Assembly: GCA_951406725.2 (NCBI GenBank)
Contig: OX597834.1
Coordinates: 21,080,001-21,144,000, forward strand
DNA from: Octopus vulgaris
Taxonomy: Eukaryota
Length of the DNA: 64,000 nt
Reading direction: 5' to 3'
The notes under the pieces are model-generated. The model had not been told where the DNA came from, did not search any database, and was given only the letters and a program-made list of their open reading frames with translations. The position numbers were made by a program, and so were the translations under genes. Shown one piece after another: positions 42,215 to 56,348 of this stretch (positions are counted from its first letter, which is position 1; each line of letters starts with the position of its first letter).

Positions 42215-42480
42215 TCATCATCATCATCATCATTTAACGTCCGCTTTCCATGCTAGCATGGGTTGGACGATTTTCACTGAGGGCTGGCGAACCAGATGGC
42301 TGCACCAGGCTCCAATCTTGATCTAGCAGAGTTTCTACAGCTGGATGACCTTCCTTACGCCAACCACTCCGAGAGTATAGTGGGTGCTTTTTACGTGCCA
42401 CCGGCACAGGGGCCAGTCAGGCAGTACTGGCAACGGCCTCGCTCGAATCTTTTTACACATGCCACCGGCACGGGTGCTTC
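42215..42480 (-). mobile_element. Family C copy
   Basis: (cat)n-ttaacgtccgctttccatgctagcatgggttggacg...tttctacagctggatg. Confidence 0.8.
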
Positions 42481-43374
42481 CCAGTACATATTTAATATTT
42501 TGAAGCCCGGTACTTACTTTCTAGGTCTCTTTTGCTGAACTGCTAAGTTCAGTTCAATTCAATTCATGTACCAAAACAAGTAAGAAGGTAAAGATATCGA
42601 CAGAGCATAAGTTTAAACTTATATGTTACTTGTCTAACCCATGCTTGCATGGAAAAAAGGAGGTAAAACGAATGTGTGTATAAGTGCATGTTGGTGAGTG
42701 TGTGTGTGTATGTGTGTGTATTTTAAGTGTGCGAGTGTGTGTTTTCTTATGCAAATATATATAAGCAGAACTGTAAGCTATTGAAGCTTACCTCCTCCGT
42801 TTTGTCCTTTCATAAGTACTATTAACAAGATATCTGTGTATACACATGTCTACAAGATATCTGTGTATACACATGTCTACACACACACACACGTCTTTAT
42901 TAAATGGTTGTGTGTATATACATACACATCCATATGTATGTATTGATATTTGTCTCCGAGAAAACATAACACACACACATCTTCATACAAAAATACGCAT
43001 CCACATACAAGAAAAATGAACATACATATATATATATACACCTAAAAAACAAACAGAAAACCCACAGAAAAAACCCCTCTTAAAAACTACCAACTTGTCA
43101 TGCAATATTAAGTTTTGGCCATATAATATCACTGGCACATTCGTTAGAACGTCAAACAAAATTGCCTTGTAATATATTGTCACACCCTGAATGTCAGGAG
43201 TTCAAATCCAACCACTGCCAGATATGCCTTTCATCCTTTAAGGGGATGATGAAATAATATACCCTTCTTGTACTTCGGTCAATTTCATCCGCAATTATGG
43301 GCTCGCCCTGCACCCTTCTAAATATGTGTTTTGGTGCTAATGTCAGAAATATATATATATACAAACCTTTTGTG

Positions 43375-43453
<79 letters not shown>

Positions 43454-43501
43454 GCATATATATATATACATATGCATATATATATATACATATATATACA
43501 T

Positions 43502-43546
<45 letters not shown>

Positions 43547-43758
43547 CATTTATATATATATATATTATTTTTATGGGAAAAAGGACCCATTTTTTTTTTC
43601 CTTTTCTTTGTGTCCCCTTTTTTTCCTTTCCCTATTTATTGCCATAGAGAAACACAAACATATAAACCCCCCCGACAGAAAGAAATTATTGGTTATTTAT
43701 CAGTTGTGTGTGTATCCGTACAAGGGTGTGTGTACTTGTGTGAGTATGTCTATAGCTA

Positions 43759-43804
<46 letters not shown>

Positions 43805-44110
43805 AGCAAATGAATATTGATTATGCACTCCTCTTTCCCAGCCCCCGCCCCCCACTATTCGTCCCAGTTGGTCAGTGAGACGGAGATGGACACAGGGTTA
43901 TTTCTCTTTCGTTTCTCTTTCATATCGGGTGAGAAGATTCTCCTCCCACATCCGGCCGACAACAGTGCGTTAATCCTGTCTTCTGTACATTGTATGCGTA
44001 GCTCCGCTTTCATTTCATACATATATATATATATATATATATATGTATATGTATATAAAAAATATATATATGTATATATATGTGTATATATATGTGTGTG
44101 TGTGTGTGTG

Positions 44111-44173
<63 letters not shown>

Positions 44174-44196
44174 ATAGATATATATATGTATGCATG

Positions 44197-44239
<43 letters not shown>

Positions 44240-44306
44240 ATATATATATATATATATCTGTGTGTGTGTATATACATGTGTGTGTGTATGTATATCTGTG
44301 TATTTG

Positions 44307-44337
<31 letters not shown>

Positions 44338-44447
44338 ATATGTATATATATAGCTTGCTAATAGTACTTATGAAGGGAAAAAATAGGAGAGGGGCTTTAA
44401 TAGCTCCCAGTTCTGCCCACATACATATATCTGCATATAGATCTTTC

Positions 44448-44484
<37 letters not shown>

Positions 44485-45095
44485 TGCATGCATAAGTATC
44501 TCTTAGATAGTGGGCCAACTTTATGAGCTTTCATACCCCAATTAAGAATGAACATAACAGTGGCGGTGGTGGTGGCGGTGGTAAATGGGACGGCGGGGTG
44601 GGGCAGGGATATGAAATGTTTTGTTGTCAGAGTGAAGAAATAGACCTGATCGTTTAATGACAAAATCGTTTAATTAGACTTGTTTTATGTGTTACACTCA
44701 AAGAAGCAGAAAGGTGCATACGCATACACCCACAGGAGCCGCACAACTACACATATTCTCACACACGTACACACACACAAACACATTCACACATATGCAT
44801 GCATGGACATACACAGACACACATGGTTTAACACATCAAGATAAAGTACATTGCAGCATTTCTTGTAGATCCTTACAATCTGGGTTCAAATTCCACCAAA
44901 GTCGACTTTGCGTTTCATCCTTTTTGGGGTTGATGAATTAAAGTAGCAGTCATGTATTGGGGTCAATGTAATCGATCTGCTCCCCCACCCCCGACAACTT
45001 CCCTCAAAATTACTAACCTTTTACCAAACTCTGAAAACCACTATCAAAGAATTTCTTGTTTTGCCACAAGGCATACTAAAATGTGTCACTGAAAC

Positions 45096-45297
45096 CAGAG
45101 CCATGGAGTCAAGTCTTGGAGTCAAGAGTCGTGGAGTCGGAGTCATGTTGTTGGAAACAGTTAAGAGGTAGCTGGAGTCGGAGTTGATAAAACAGACCAC
45201 AATCACTTAATTATATAGAGGAGTTGGAATCGGAGTCAGGGGTGCCAAGAGTGGAGGAGTCAGTGTTGAAGATTTCTGACTCAGCTCCACAGCCCTG
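45096..45297. mobile_element. MITE with internal GGAGTC repeats (hAT-like ends)
   Basis: Ends cagagccatggag / ctccacagccctg; many ggagtc units inside. Confidence 0.6.
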
Positions 45298-45592
45298 GTT
45301 GAAATGCCAAATGTGTCGTTTGCCAAAGACACGAATCACTGTACAGGATCCTTCTTTTATTCTTTCACTCATTTCAGTCATTTGGCTGCAGCCATGCTGG
45401 AGCACCGCCTTAAAGTGTTTTAGTCAAATAAATCAACCGCAGGACTTATTTTGTTCTGCCTAGTATTTATTCTATCAGTCTCATTGGCCAAACTGTTAAG
45501 TTTCAGGGGTTGTAAACACACCAACACCAGTGGTCAAGTGGTGGTGAGGGGAACAAATAAAGACACATACACATAAATACGTATATATACAC

Positions 45593-45629
<37 letters not shown>

Positions 45630-45882
45630 GCATGCTGTGCAGGTGGCACGTAAAAAGCACCATCCGATCGTGGCCGTTTGCCAGCCTTGTCTTGGCACAT
45701 AAAAAGCACCCACTACACTCACAGAGTGGTTGGCGCTAGGAAGGGCATCCAGCCATAGAAACATTGCCAGATCAGACTAGAGCCTGGTACAACCTTCTGG
45801 CTTCCCAGACCCCAGTTGAACCGTCCAACCCATGCTAGCATGGAAAGCGGACGCTAAACAATGATGATGATGACACACACAC

Positions 45883-45922
<40 letters not shown>

Positions 45923-46369
45923 AACATGTCTATATATTCTTAGTATTCCAAACGTATCTAATGTCCTTTGTATACCCTGATTTTCCATCCAAGGTATTTT
46001 AAAATGCAAAATTATATATTTATATATGTTTTGTAATTCTAATTCTGTTTGTGAAATGAAGCAATTGTAGGTGAACACGTTGATTAATTAATAAATTAAT
46101 TTGTATCCATTAGATCTCTGTTTTCTAATTTGATAATAATGTTTGCTATTTTATATGTGTGTGTAGTTGCAAGCATGGGTGTGTGGTAAGGAGTTAGCTT
46201 CTAAAGCAGATGGCTCAGAGTTCAATCACACTGTGTACCTCCTAGGGTCAATGAAAGCTTTGAGAGTGGATTTGGTAGAAGGAAACTGAAAGAAGCCTGT
46301 CGTGTGTGTGAGTGTGTGTATGTGAATACATCTATGTATGTGTGTCTTTGTGACTTTGTTTGTTCCCTA

Positions 46370-46786
46370 CCTATTTCCTTACTAACCACAAAGGGCTAAA
46401 CACAGAGAGGACAAACAAGGACAGACAAACGGATTAAGCCGATTATATCGACCCCAGTGCGTAACTGGTACTTATTTAATCGACCCCGAAAGGATGAAAG
46501 GCAAAGTCAACCTCGGCGGAATTTGAACTCAGAATGTAGCGGCAGACGAAATACCTATTTTTTTACTGCCCACAAGGGGCTAAACACAGAGAGGACAAAC
46601 AAGGACAGACAAACGGATTAAGCCGATTATATCGACCCCAGTGCATAACTGGTACTTATTTAATCGACCCCGAAAGGATGAAAGGTAAAGTCGACCTCGG
46701 CGGAATTTGAACTCAGAACGTAGCGGCAGTCGAAATACAGCTACGCATTTTGCCCGGCGTGCTAACGTTTCTGCCAGCTCGCTGCC
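46370..46786 (-). mobile_element. Family B dimer with 14-bp target site duplication
   Basis: ttgtttgttcccta at 46356-46369 and 46787-46800; two near-identical bodies share one head. Confidence 0.88.
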
Positions 46787-46919
46787 TTGTTTGTTCCCTA
46801 TGACCACTTGATAACCGGCGTTGGTGTGCTTACATCCCTGAAACTGAGCAGTTCAGCAAAAGAGACCACCCAGATAATATGATAAAAAAAAAAACGGGAG
46901 TCATTTTACTAGAAATTCT

Positions 46920-47149
46920 TTAACCCTTTCGTTACTGTATTTATTTTAAGATGCTCTGTGTTTCTTTCAATTGATTTTAAATATAACAAAGAATTTAGTA
47001 AAATAACTTAGTTATCATTAAGCTAGTGTCAGGAACATAAATTGCGACTAAGGTTTGGTGGTATATTTTGATGCAAAACTTATGAAAACAAGACATTTGT
47101 ACTACAGAGCCAGAGCCGGTTTTGGCCGGGTTGGTAACGAAAGGGTTAA
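46920..47149. mobile_element. piggyBac-type MITE, third copy
   Basis: Perfect TIR TTAA-CCCTTTCGTTAC / GTAACGAAAGGG-TTAA; the empty site ttctttaaggca is visible in another A copy at about 24654. Confidence 0.9.
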
Positions 47150-47247
47150 GGCATTGCCCAGCATGGCTGCAGTCTAATGATGGTAACAAGTAAAAGATAA
47201 AAGAAGATATGCACACGTGCACACACACACATGCACACACATGCATG

Positions 47248-47281
<34 letters not shown>

Positions 47282-47789
47282 CACGTTGAGAGAATGTGCG
47301 AGAAAATATGAGGCTACCAAGATATAGTTAGAGACAAAGAAATGGAGACATAGGGAGCCGAGAAAGAAGGAGTTGGTGGGGTAGGGCAGGAACGGAGGGT
47401 CTGTTGTTAAGTAGGATAGCAAAGGAAGGAGTAAGGAAGTCATTAGATAGTCCTCATGTTCCACTCTAGTTTATCTGATATCATTAAATGCCCCACTGAC
47501 CCCCTTGTGCAAGGCTATGGGTTGGTTCCCTCCCCTCCCGGACCCTATTTAGGGCGCTGCTCCATTCAAGGAGAACAACAGAATTAATGAACAAAAGGAA
47601 TATATAATGGGATCAGAAGTTGAGTGGGGGGAGGGGATAGGGATTAACGTGTGTGGGTGTGCGAGGTTGTATGAGGGTGTGTAATCTCATATGTGTGTGT
47701 GTGAATTTTTTGTGCGTGTGTAAGTATGTGTGTGGCTAAGTATGTATGAGTGTATACGTATCTGTGTATGTATACACGTGCGTGAGATT

Positions 47790-47928
47790 GTGTATGTGTG
47801 TGTGTGTGAGAGAGAGAGAGAGATTTTGTGTTTGTGGGTTTGTGTGTGTGTGTGTGTGAAAGATATTTTGTGTTTGTGTGTGTGTGTGTGTGTGCGTGAG
47901 AGAGAGAGAGATTTTGTGGTTGTGGGTT

Positions 47929-47963
<35 letters not shown>

Positions 47964-48027
47964 TTTTGTGTTTGTGTGTGTGTGTGTGTGTGTGAGAGAG
48001 AAAGAGAGATTTTGTGGTTGTGGGTTT

Positions 48028-48063
<36 letters not shown>

Positions 48064-48081
48064 TTTTGTGTTTGTGGGTTT

Positions 48082-48117
<36 letters not shown>

Positions 48118-48133
48118 TTTTGTGTTTGTGGGT

Positions 48134-48177
<44 letters not shown>

Positions 48178-48191
48178 TTTTGTGTTTGTGG

Positions 48192-48235
<44 letters not shown>

Positions 48236-48255
48236 AAGATTTTGTGGTTGTGGGT

Positions 48256-48294
<39 letters not shown>

Positions 48295-48335
48295 TTTTGT
48301 GTTTGTGGGTTTGTGTGTGTGTGTGTGAGTGAGAT
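47790..48335. repeat. Compound minisatellite, unit (GA)n-ttttgtgtttgtgggtt-(TG)n, about 10 units
   Basis: Higher-order repeat of 50-65 bp built from two microsatellites and a fixed linker. Confidence 0.9.
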
Positions 48336-49198
48336 TCAATGTATCTAATACAGATATGTGTGTCTCAGTATGTGTTCACACGTGTGTGTGTGTGTGTGTG
48401 TGTTGGAATATTCATATCTGTGTATGAGTGTATATGCATGTGTGTATACGTGTGGGTGTCATCATCATCACCATCATCATCATCATTTTATGTTGTTCCC
48501 ATGGGTGCATAGTTATTTTCGTGCGTGCTTGTGTGTGTGTGTGTTTATTTGAACAGTGTGTGGATATGTACTTTAGATGAAGAGAGCAGATGCATGAAGT
48601 GGCTGGGAAAACACTCTCACACACACACACACACTCAAATACACATACACACATATACACATACACACATATACACATACACGTATGAGCAAATGTGACA
48701 CTGGACACTCACTGGCTGTGATGCAAAATAAGTGTGTCCACAACACACACACACATACATACAGACAAAAAACACACTGATGGGTGGATAGATGGATAGA
48801 TAGACAGACAAAAATACCAGCTCCCTCAATGATTCTCAACCATTTTTTGACCCTTTTCTTTCCTTTCCATAGCCATTCGATGTATATAAAACAAATCTTA
48901 TTTTATAATTAAATATTATCAAGAATTGTATGAAAATGATTTTAATATTTTGTATTCTGTAGAAGTAAAATCTCGTGTGAACCCTACTGCCCAAGGGCGA
49001 TACACACACACACACACACACACATGTGCACATATATGTGATGGGCTTCTTTCAGTTTCCGTCAATAAAATCTACTCACAAGGCTTTGGTCAGCCTGAGG
49101 TTACAGGAGAAGACACTTGCTCAAGGTGCCAAGCAGTGGGACTGAACCTGAACCATGTGGTTGGTAAGCAAGCTACTTACCACACAGCCACTCCTGCA

Positions 49199-49254
<56 letters not shown>

Positions 49255-49378
49255 AGAGGTGCTGAAAAGTTCACAGCAGTCTTTCAATTTTTCTAAATCC
49301 TGTAAAAGAGCCCTGAATGTTTGGCTTCCAACCTTTCAGGATATCCTTGAAGCGAAAAGCTTCTCAGCACCAACTCAT
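49255..49378. mobile_element. Small mariner-like MITE remnant
   Basis: ggtgctgaaaagtt / agcttctcagcacc inverted termini. Confidence 0.5.
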
Positions 49379-49436
49379 ATAGATTGGTAAAGAGAAAGAT
49401 TGACAGTAAAATAGATAGATAGATAGACAGATAGAC

Positions 49437-49519
<83 letters not shown>

Positions 49520-51200
49520 CTGATTGATTGACAGGTAGATAGATATACAGATGTTTGAGGGGATGGAGCTGAGCTGAAATTTGGAATGCGTTAAAGAATT
49601 GTGATATTGGTGTTGATTGTGGAGTCGGAGAAGAATTGGTGAAGGTGATAACAATGGGTGATGATGATGATGATGATGATGCTGGCGATAATGGCGATGG
49701 TGGTAGTGGTGGTGGTGGTGGTGGTTGTAATGTAGCTGTGAGAAAAAAAAAACAATGCTTGAGGTGGACCAAGGGATGGATAGGGGGAGGGAAGGAGGAA
49801 GGATAAAGATTGGTGGATGGGGTTGGGGTGGGAGTAGAGGAGTCTAAGTGTAGATCAAGGAGTCAGAGAGATGCTGATGGTGGTGGGAGGGTCTGAAGTA
49901 AAGTAATAAGGAGGATGAGCAATGAGAAGAGGAGGGGACCCCTTTCTAGCTTAACCTTATGGTTTAGAAGGAGACACAGAGAGAGAGAGAGAGAAAGGAA
50001 GAGAAGAGAAAGAGGAGAGAGAGGGAGATAAAGCAAGAAAAGGTAAGAGATAGGAGAGAGAGGGAGGGAAAGGAAGAGAGAAAGAGGGGAAAAGAGCGAG
50101 AGAGAAGGAAGAAGGAAGGGAGAGGGACAGAGAGAGACAAAGAGAGAGAGAGAGTGGAAGAAAAAAGGGAGAGATGGGGTAAGACAAAGAAAAAGGTAGA
50201 GAGTGAGGAGAGAGAGAGAGAGGAGAGAAATAGTCAGATAGAGTGGTAAAGAGAAGAGAAAGGGTGAGAGAGAGAGAGCGCGAGAGAGAGACAGATAGAC
50301 AGATTGACAGCGATAGAGAGAGAGAGAGAGAGAGAGTAAGACAAGTATGTTTGTAAAAGGGGTGGGGCGAATATGTGTTGTTGCTGTTTAGCCCCAGGTC
50401 AAAACTGATCTGATTGAACAGACATATGATCAAAGCTGTTCCAGCCATGACCATCCCATATATTTAAGCGTATCTGTATGTATGTAAGGTGACTATATTA
50501 TATGATGTGTCCCTCTCTTTCATTTCCCCATCCGTGCGAAGGTGGTAACGAGTGTGTGTGAGGGCAGAGTGATTTTTGGCTGCTGTTTCTAGCGTGTCCA
50601 GCAACCCTGTAGTAGAGTCATTTGGGTTAACAATCTTTGTGTGTGTGTGCGTGTGTGTGAAAGTGTAAGAATGCAAGTTTGTATGTATGTGGTAATGTAT
50701 GTGTATGTGTGTGTGGAGGTAAAAGAGTGTGTATGCATGTGTGTGTGAATATGAAAACATGTGTGTTTGTATGTATATGTGAATATGTGTGTGTATCTGT
50801 GTGTGTGTCTGTGTGTATGTGTGAGTGTATTTATGTGTGTGTACTTGTGCATGTGTGTCTGAGAGTGTGTGTATGAATATGCAAGGGCAGCTGTAGAAAC
50901 ACTGACAGATCAGACTGGAGCCTGGTGCAGCCTTCTGGCTTCCCAGATCCCCGGTCAAACCGTCCAACCCATGCTAGCATGGAGAAGGGACGTTAAACGA
51001 TGATGATGATGATGATGATGTGCATGCGTGTATATGTGTGTGTGCGCACGCGTGTATGTGTGTGCACACGCGTGTATGTGTGTGAATGTGAAAGAGCGTG
51101 ACTCTATGTATGTGTGATGTAAGAGTGTGTGTGTGTGTGTGTGCAAGACCATGTGAGTGTATGAACATGAGTGTGTGTCTGTGTGTTTGTGTGAAAATAT

Positions 51201-51239
<39 letters not shown>

Positions 51240-52237
51240 AGTAAGCATGTAAAAGTACATTTGAGCAAGCATGCAAGAATGTATGTGAGAATGTGCAAGT
51301 TTGTGTGCATGTGTGTGTATATATGTGTATGTGTGTGTGTGTGTGTGTGTCTGCGCATGTAAGATTGTGTGTGTGTACATGTATGTGAATGTAGGGGTTG
51401 TTAGAGAATGCAAAAGGTAGTGTGTGACAGACTGTGTTTCATGTTGGTTGCAGGAGTGAGGTGGGAGGAGAAGGATTAAGGGAGTTTGAGCAAGGAGGAG
51501 GAGAGAACAGCGGAAAGTATAAAGATATAGACTAGGGGAGGAGGAAGAGGAAAAGAAAGAGAGGGAGGAGAAAAAGAACAAAGATATTTGTGTGTGTGGG
51601 AGTGTGCGCGTGCATGTATGTGCACACATGTTGCTGTATGTATATGTGTATGTTTACATATAGAGTATATATATATATATATATATATGCTTGTGTGTGT
51701 GTGTGTCTCTATGTGTATATATGTGTGTGTGTCTGTGTGTGTATATATATGTGTGTGTGTGTGTGTTTGTATATATATGGAATTTTCTCTGATTTTTCAG
51801 ATTTTTGTATGCTAGGCTATTGGTTTTAAATTGATATTAATTAAATTAATAATCAATTTATCTCCCTCCTTATTTAAATGTGCATGAATGTATGTGTATG
51901 CATGAACTGTATAAGGCGGTGCTCCAGCATGGCTGCAATCACATGACTGAAACAAGTAAAAGAATAAAAGGATATATGTGCGTATATACTTGTATGTATG
52001 TGTGTATGTGTGTGTATAGGCATTCTTTTATTCATTTACTTGTTACAGTCCTTCGACTGTGGTCATGCTGGAGCATTGCCTTAAAGGGTTTTTCTTTGTT
52101 GAAGAAATCGACCCCGGGACTTATTTTTTGTAAGCCTATTTTTTTGTAATTCTATTGGTTGCTTTTGCTGAACTGCTAGGTTACAGGAACGTAAACACAC
52201 CAGCCATCAGTTGTCAAGCAATGGCCAAGGTGGACAA

Positions 52238-52273
<36 letters not shown>

Positions 52274-52415
52274 TTCTGTGAGATGCAGTATGGAATTTTG
52301 TCAGCAAACAGATCACAGTTTCAAAGCACCAAAAATATTTTGGCACAAATTAAATTTAAATGGTGAAGTGTTTTTAAATGGCTTGTACACACCTTTTATG
52401 CTGCAGTTGTATGTA

Positions 52416-52462
<47 letters not shown>

Positions 52463-52591
52463 AGGTTTGGAGATGATGTACAGGTATTTTATATTAGAAG
52501 AAATGAGGTATTCAGAAAATCGGATGGTTTATATTTACAGATATTTATTTGTATATTACGTGTTTTATATATCATATAACTTAAATCATGT

Positions 52592-52628
52592 ATTAGCGCT
52601 TTCTCCCATTCTAGTGGGGTTTTCAAAT
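52592..52628 (-). ncRNA. Hammerhead-like motif, U3-A8 variant, in an element bounded by (TA)n
   Basis: Minus strand at-TTGAAAA-cCCCA-ctagaa-TGGGa-GAA-AGCGCT-A-at; palindromic stem III, weak stem I. Confidence 0.5.
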
Positions 52629-52660
52629 CAAACTAAGTTCCTGTGTGAAAAGTTTTGACC

Positions 52661-52710
<50 letters not shown>

Positions 52711-52852
52711 CAGGCTTCTTTCAGTTTCCGTCCACCAAATCCACTCACAAGGCTTTGTCAGCCCAAGGCTATGTCAGCCTAAGGCTATGTATGTATATAT
52801 ATATGTTTGTATGCCATGTTCCATGTTTTTCTGTGCAAGTATACACACACTC

Positions 52853-52886
<34 letters not shown>

Positions 52887-52934
52887 TCATCATCATCATC
52901 ATCGTCGTTTAACGTCCGTTCTCCATGCTAGCAT

Positions 52935-52989
<55 letters not shown>

Positions 52990-52999
52990 GATAAATATT

Positions 53000-53302
53000 C
53001 CCCTTTTCAAGCCTAGCCAGGCTCTTGAGCCCGGTTTCCTGGTTTCCGTGGCATATATGTTCCCCCCCAGCTGGACGGGACACCAGTCCATCGCAGCGTT
53101 ACTAAAGAAATAGGAAGAGAGAGTGAGAGAAAGTTGTGGCGAAAGAGCACAACAGGGGTCACCACCACCCCCTGCCGGAGCCTCGTGGAGCTTTCTAGGT
53201 GTTTTCGCTCAATAAACACAAACAACGCCTGGTCTGGGAATCGAAACTGCGATCCTCCAACCGCGAGTCTTCTGCGCTAACCACTGGGCCATTGCGCCTC
53301 CA
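53000..53302 (-). mobile_element. SINE family D head and body with an alternative 3' module
   Basis: Same head and body as 19020-19377, then gctgcgatggactggtgtcccgtccagc...gaaaccgggctc. Confidence 0.75.
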
Positions 53303-53576
53303 CTATATATAGAGATATGTATGTATGTATGTATGTACATGTGAGCATATGCTGTTCTTTTATTGCTTAGGTGTTGGCATGTATTTGTGTGTTTGTGTAT
53401 ATGTGTGTGTGACAAAGAGAGACTACAGTGGTATGTGTGTGCGTGTGTGTAATAGAAAGGTAGGGAGAGATTGATGCACCAGGCTGGGTGGAATGGGTGG
53501 AAATAGAACCAGTAATTTCAGTCTTGGAAAGGGAATGAATGAATGAACAAAATAAATAAAATACTACAGCTACTAT

Positions 53577-53611
<35 letters not shown>

Positions 53612-53707
53612 TTTCTACAACTACTACTCTTTCTACTACTACTACTCTCTCTTCTTTTACTACTACTATTTTTTCTACTACTACTACTACTACCACCACC
53701 ACCACCG

Positions 53708-53738
<31 letters not shown>

Positions 53739-54399
53739 TATCACTACCATTATTACTACTGCCACCACCATAACCATCACCCCTACTAACTTTACCACTA
53801 CCCCTACCACCACAATCTCTGAGTAGGCCAGTATGGTCTCTATGTGGGTAGGTGAGTGGGTCGAGGCAGTATGGAAGGAAGGGGTTTTTTAGTTGAGGGC
53901 AAGGTGAGGCTGAGGCGAAGTGGGAGGATGGGCAGAGAGGGAGAAGGAGGAAGGAAGTGTTGGTGGCGAACCAGGTTGGGGTGGGGTGTTAAGCATTTGC
54001 ACCCCCAATCCTTACCACCACCACCCCCCCCCAACCACACCTATCATCCTTGCTCCACCCCACCGCCACCCCTAAACTACTATTAAGCAGGATAAGTTTA
54101 CCCCTCTGAGGGTCTCACATTTAAACCAAGCACCAATCCTACCTACCCTGCCCACCCTTATTACTTACTTCTGTTAAGTCAGGAACATATCTACCCACCC
54201 ACTCACTCGGATGCCCTCACCCTTATTCAACAATAGTGTCATTGAACAAAGGAGGTGAGCAGCAGGGGGCTGCACCCTTGTCTTTTGGTGATGTTGCTAT
54301 CATACCGGTTCCTCCTCCGCTTCATCATCATCATCATTATTATCATTTTTTTATCACCTTTTACTTCTTGTACCCCAGTAGCAAATACAAGAAATAATA

Positions 54400-54715
54400 A
54401 CCCTTTCTACTAAAGGCACAAGGCCTGAAATTTTGGGGTCCCAGTGTTTCAGTGGGACTTAATTCATCGACCCCCCCAAAAGGATGAAAGGCAAAGTCGA
54501 CATAAGCGGAATTTCTTTTTTTCTACTCTAGGTACAAGGCCCGAAATTTGGTGGTGATGGGGGGGTTGCAGTCAATTAGATTAACCTCAGTACGCAACTG
54601 GTACTTAATTTATCGATCTCTGAAAGGATGAAAGGTAAAGTCAACCTCGGCGGTTTTTGAACACAGAATGTAGCAGAAGATGAAATACTGCTAACAATTC
54701 TTCCAGCTCACCGCC

Positions 54716-54754
<39 letters not shown>

Positions 54755-55041
54755 GTAATAATAATAATGATAATAATAATAGTAATACTTTCTACAAAAG
54801 GCACAAGACCTGGAATTTTGGGGGAGGGTACTAGTTGATTACATCGACCTCGGTATGTAACTGGTACTTATTTTATTAATCCTGAAAGGGATGAAAGACA
54901 AAGTCGATCTTGGCAGAATTTGAACTCAGAACGTAAAGACAGACAAAATACCACTAAGCATTTAGCCCAGCATGCTAACGATTCTGCCAGCTTGTTGCCA
55001 TAATAATAATAATAATGATAATAATAATGATAACAATAATA

Positions 55042-55072
<31 letters not shown>

Positions 55073-55080
55073 CGATAACA

Positions 55081-55127
<47 letters not shown>

Positions 55128-55390
55128 GATAACAATAATAATAATGATAATGATAATAATAATAACAATGATTATAATGGTTTCAAATGTTGGTGCATGG
55201 CCAGCAGTTTCGGGGGAGGGGCCAATTCATTTACATCAAACCCCTCCCTGCCCCCAGTACGTAACTGGTACTTATTCTGTCGACCCTGAAAGGAAGAAAG
55301 ACGAAGCCGACTCTGGCTGAATTTGAACTCAGAACCTAAAGTTGGAAAAAAATGCCACTAAATATTTTGTCCGGCATGCAAACGCTTCTG
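54400..55390 (-). mobile_element. Array of four family B copies interleaved with (AAT)n
   Basis: Four ggatgaaag-type cores in the same orientation. Confidence 0.8.
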
Positions 55391-55589
55391 ATGATAGTCA
55401 TCATTATCATCATCATCCTCATCTTCTTCATCTCCTTCTTCTTGTGCCTCTGCAGCAAAGAAAAAAAAAATCATTAACAGCATCAACATCATGACCATCA
55501 CCATCATCATCATCACCACCATTATTATTATTATAATTATTATTATTATTATTATTACTATTATTATTATTATTATTATTATTATTATC

Positions 55590-55621
<32 letters not shown>

Positions 55622-56316
55622 TGATTTCTTCTTCTGCTTCTTCAAATATATCTCATTAATAAAAGAATTCTTGTCTTTGTAACATCCTCTCCACCCTCAA
55701 CCGACCCCTCCCCCCTCCCACTTACCCCACTCCTTCCCATCCCATCGTCTTCACATTCGTCACCCCCTTATGGCAATGAAAAAGAAATTCATTATTAGAA
55801 GAATTAATATCAGAAATGGTGAAGGTGGTAGTGGGGGGTGACAGTAGGGGGTGGGTATAGCAAATAAATAGAATTAAAAATAAATATAAAACAAAATAAA
55901 ACAAAACAGGCCTTGGATTTTGGCGGAAACTGTAATCGGGCAGCAGGCTTGATGTGTCTTGCAAGTACCTCAGGTTTCATGTTTTTATTTGTTTCATTTT
56001 TCATGTGTGTTTTTTTTTTGTGGTGGTGGTGGTGGGGGACTTGTTTACAGAGTGGAGGGGGATGTTTTGGGGGTTTTTTTGGGTTTTTTTTTTACTTTTG
56101 CGTGCTATGTTCTGTGTGTTCAAATCTTGCAGACATCAATTTTGGCTTTCTTTCATACTTCCCGGGTGGGGCCCCGTGAGCTGATAAAATAAAATAAAGT
56201 ACTGGTCGAGTAATGGGCTGGGTTGATATTATCAACTGACCTCCCTGGTAACCCCCACCCTCATACCAACCCACGTCCACTACATATACCAGAAACATTT
56301 GGTTTCAGGTCTCTGT

Positions 56317-56348
<32 letters not shown>

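Larger units (their letters stand above)
46168..47205 (+). mobile_element. Family A SINE hosting a family B dimer and a piggyBac-type MITE
   Basis: The A sequence is continuous once 46370-46786 and 46920-47149 are removed. Confidence 0.8.

Noticed and set aside
47790-48335. CRISPR-like repeat/spacer appearance
   Set aside because: The 'spacers' are microsatellites, the context is eukaryotic, and there are no cas genes.
47644-48339. 231-aa ORF with [14 protein letters not shown] repeats
   Set aside because: Translation of the compound minisatellite.
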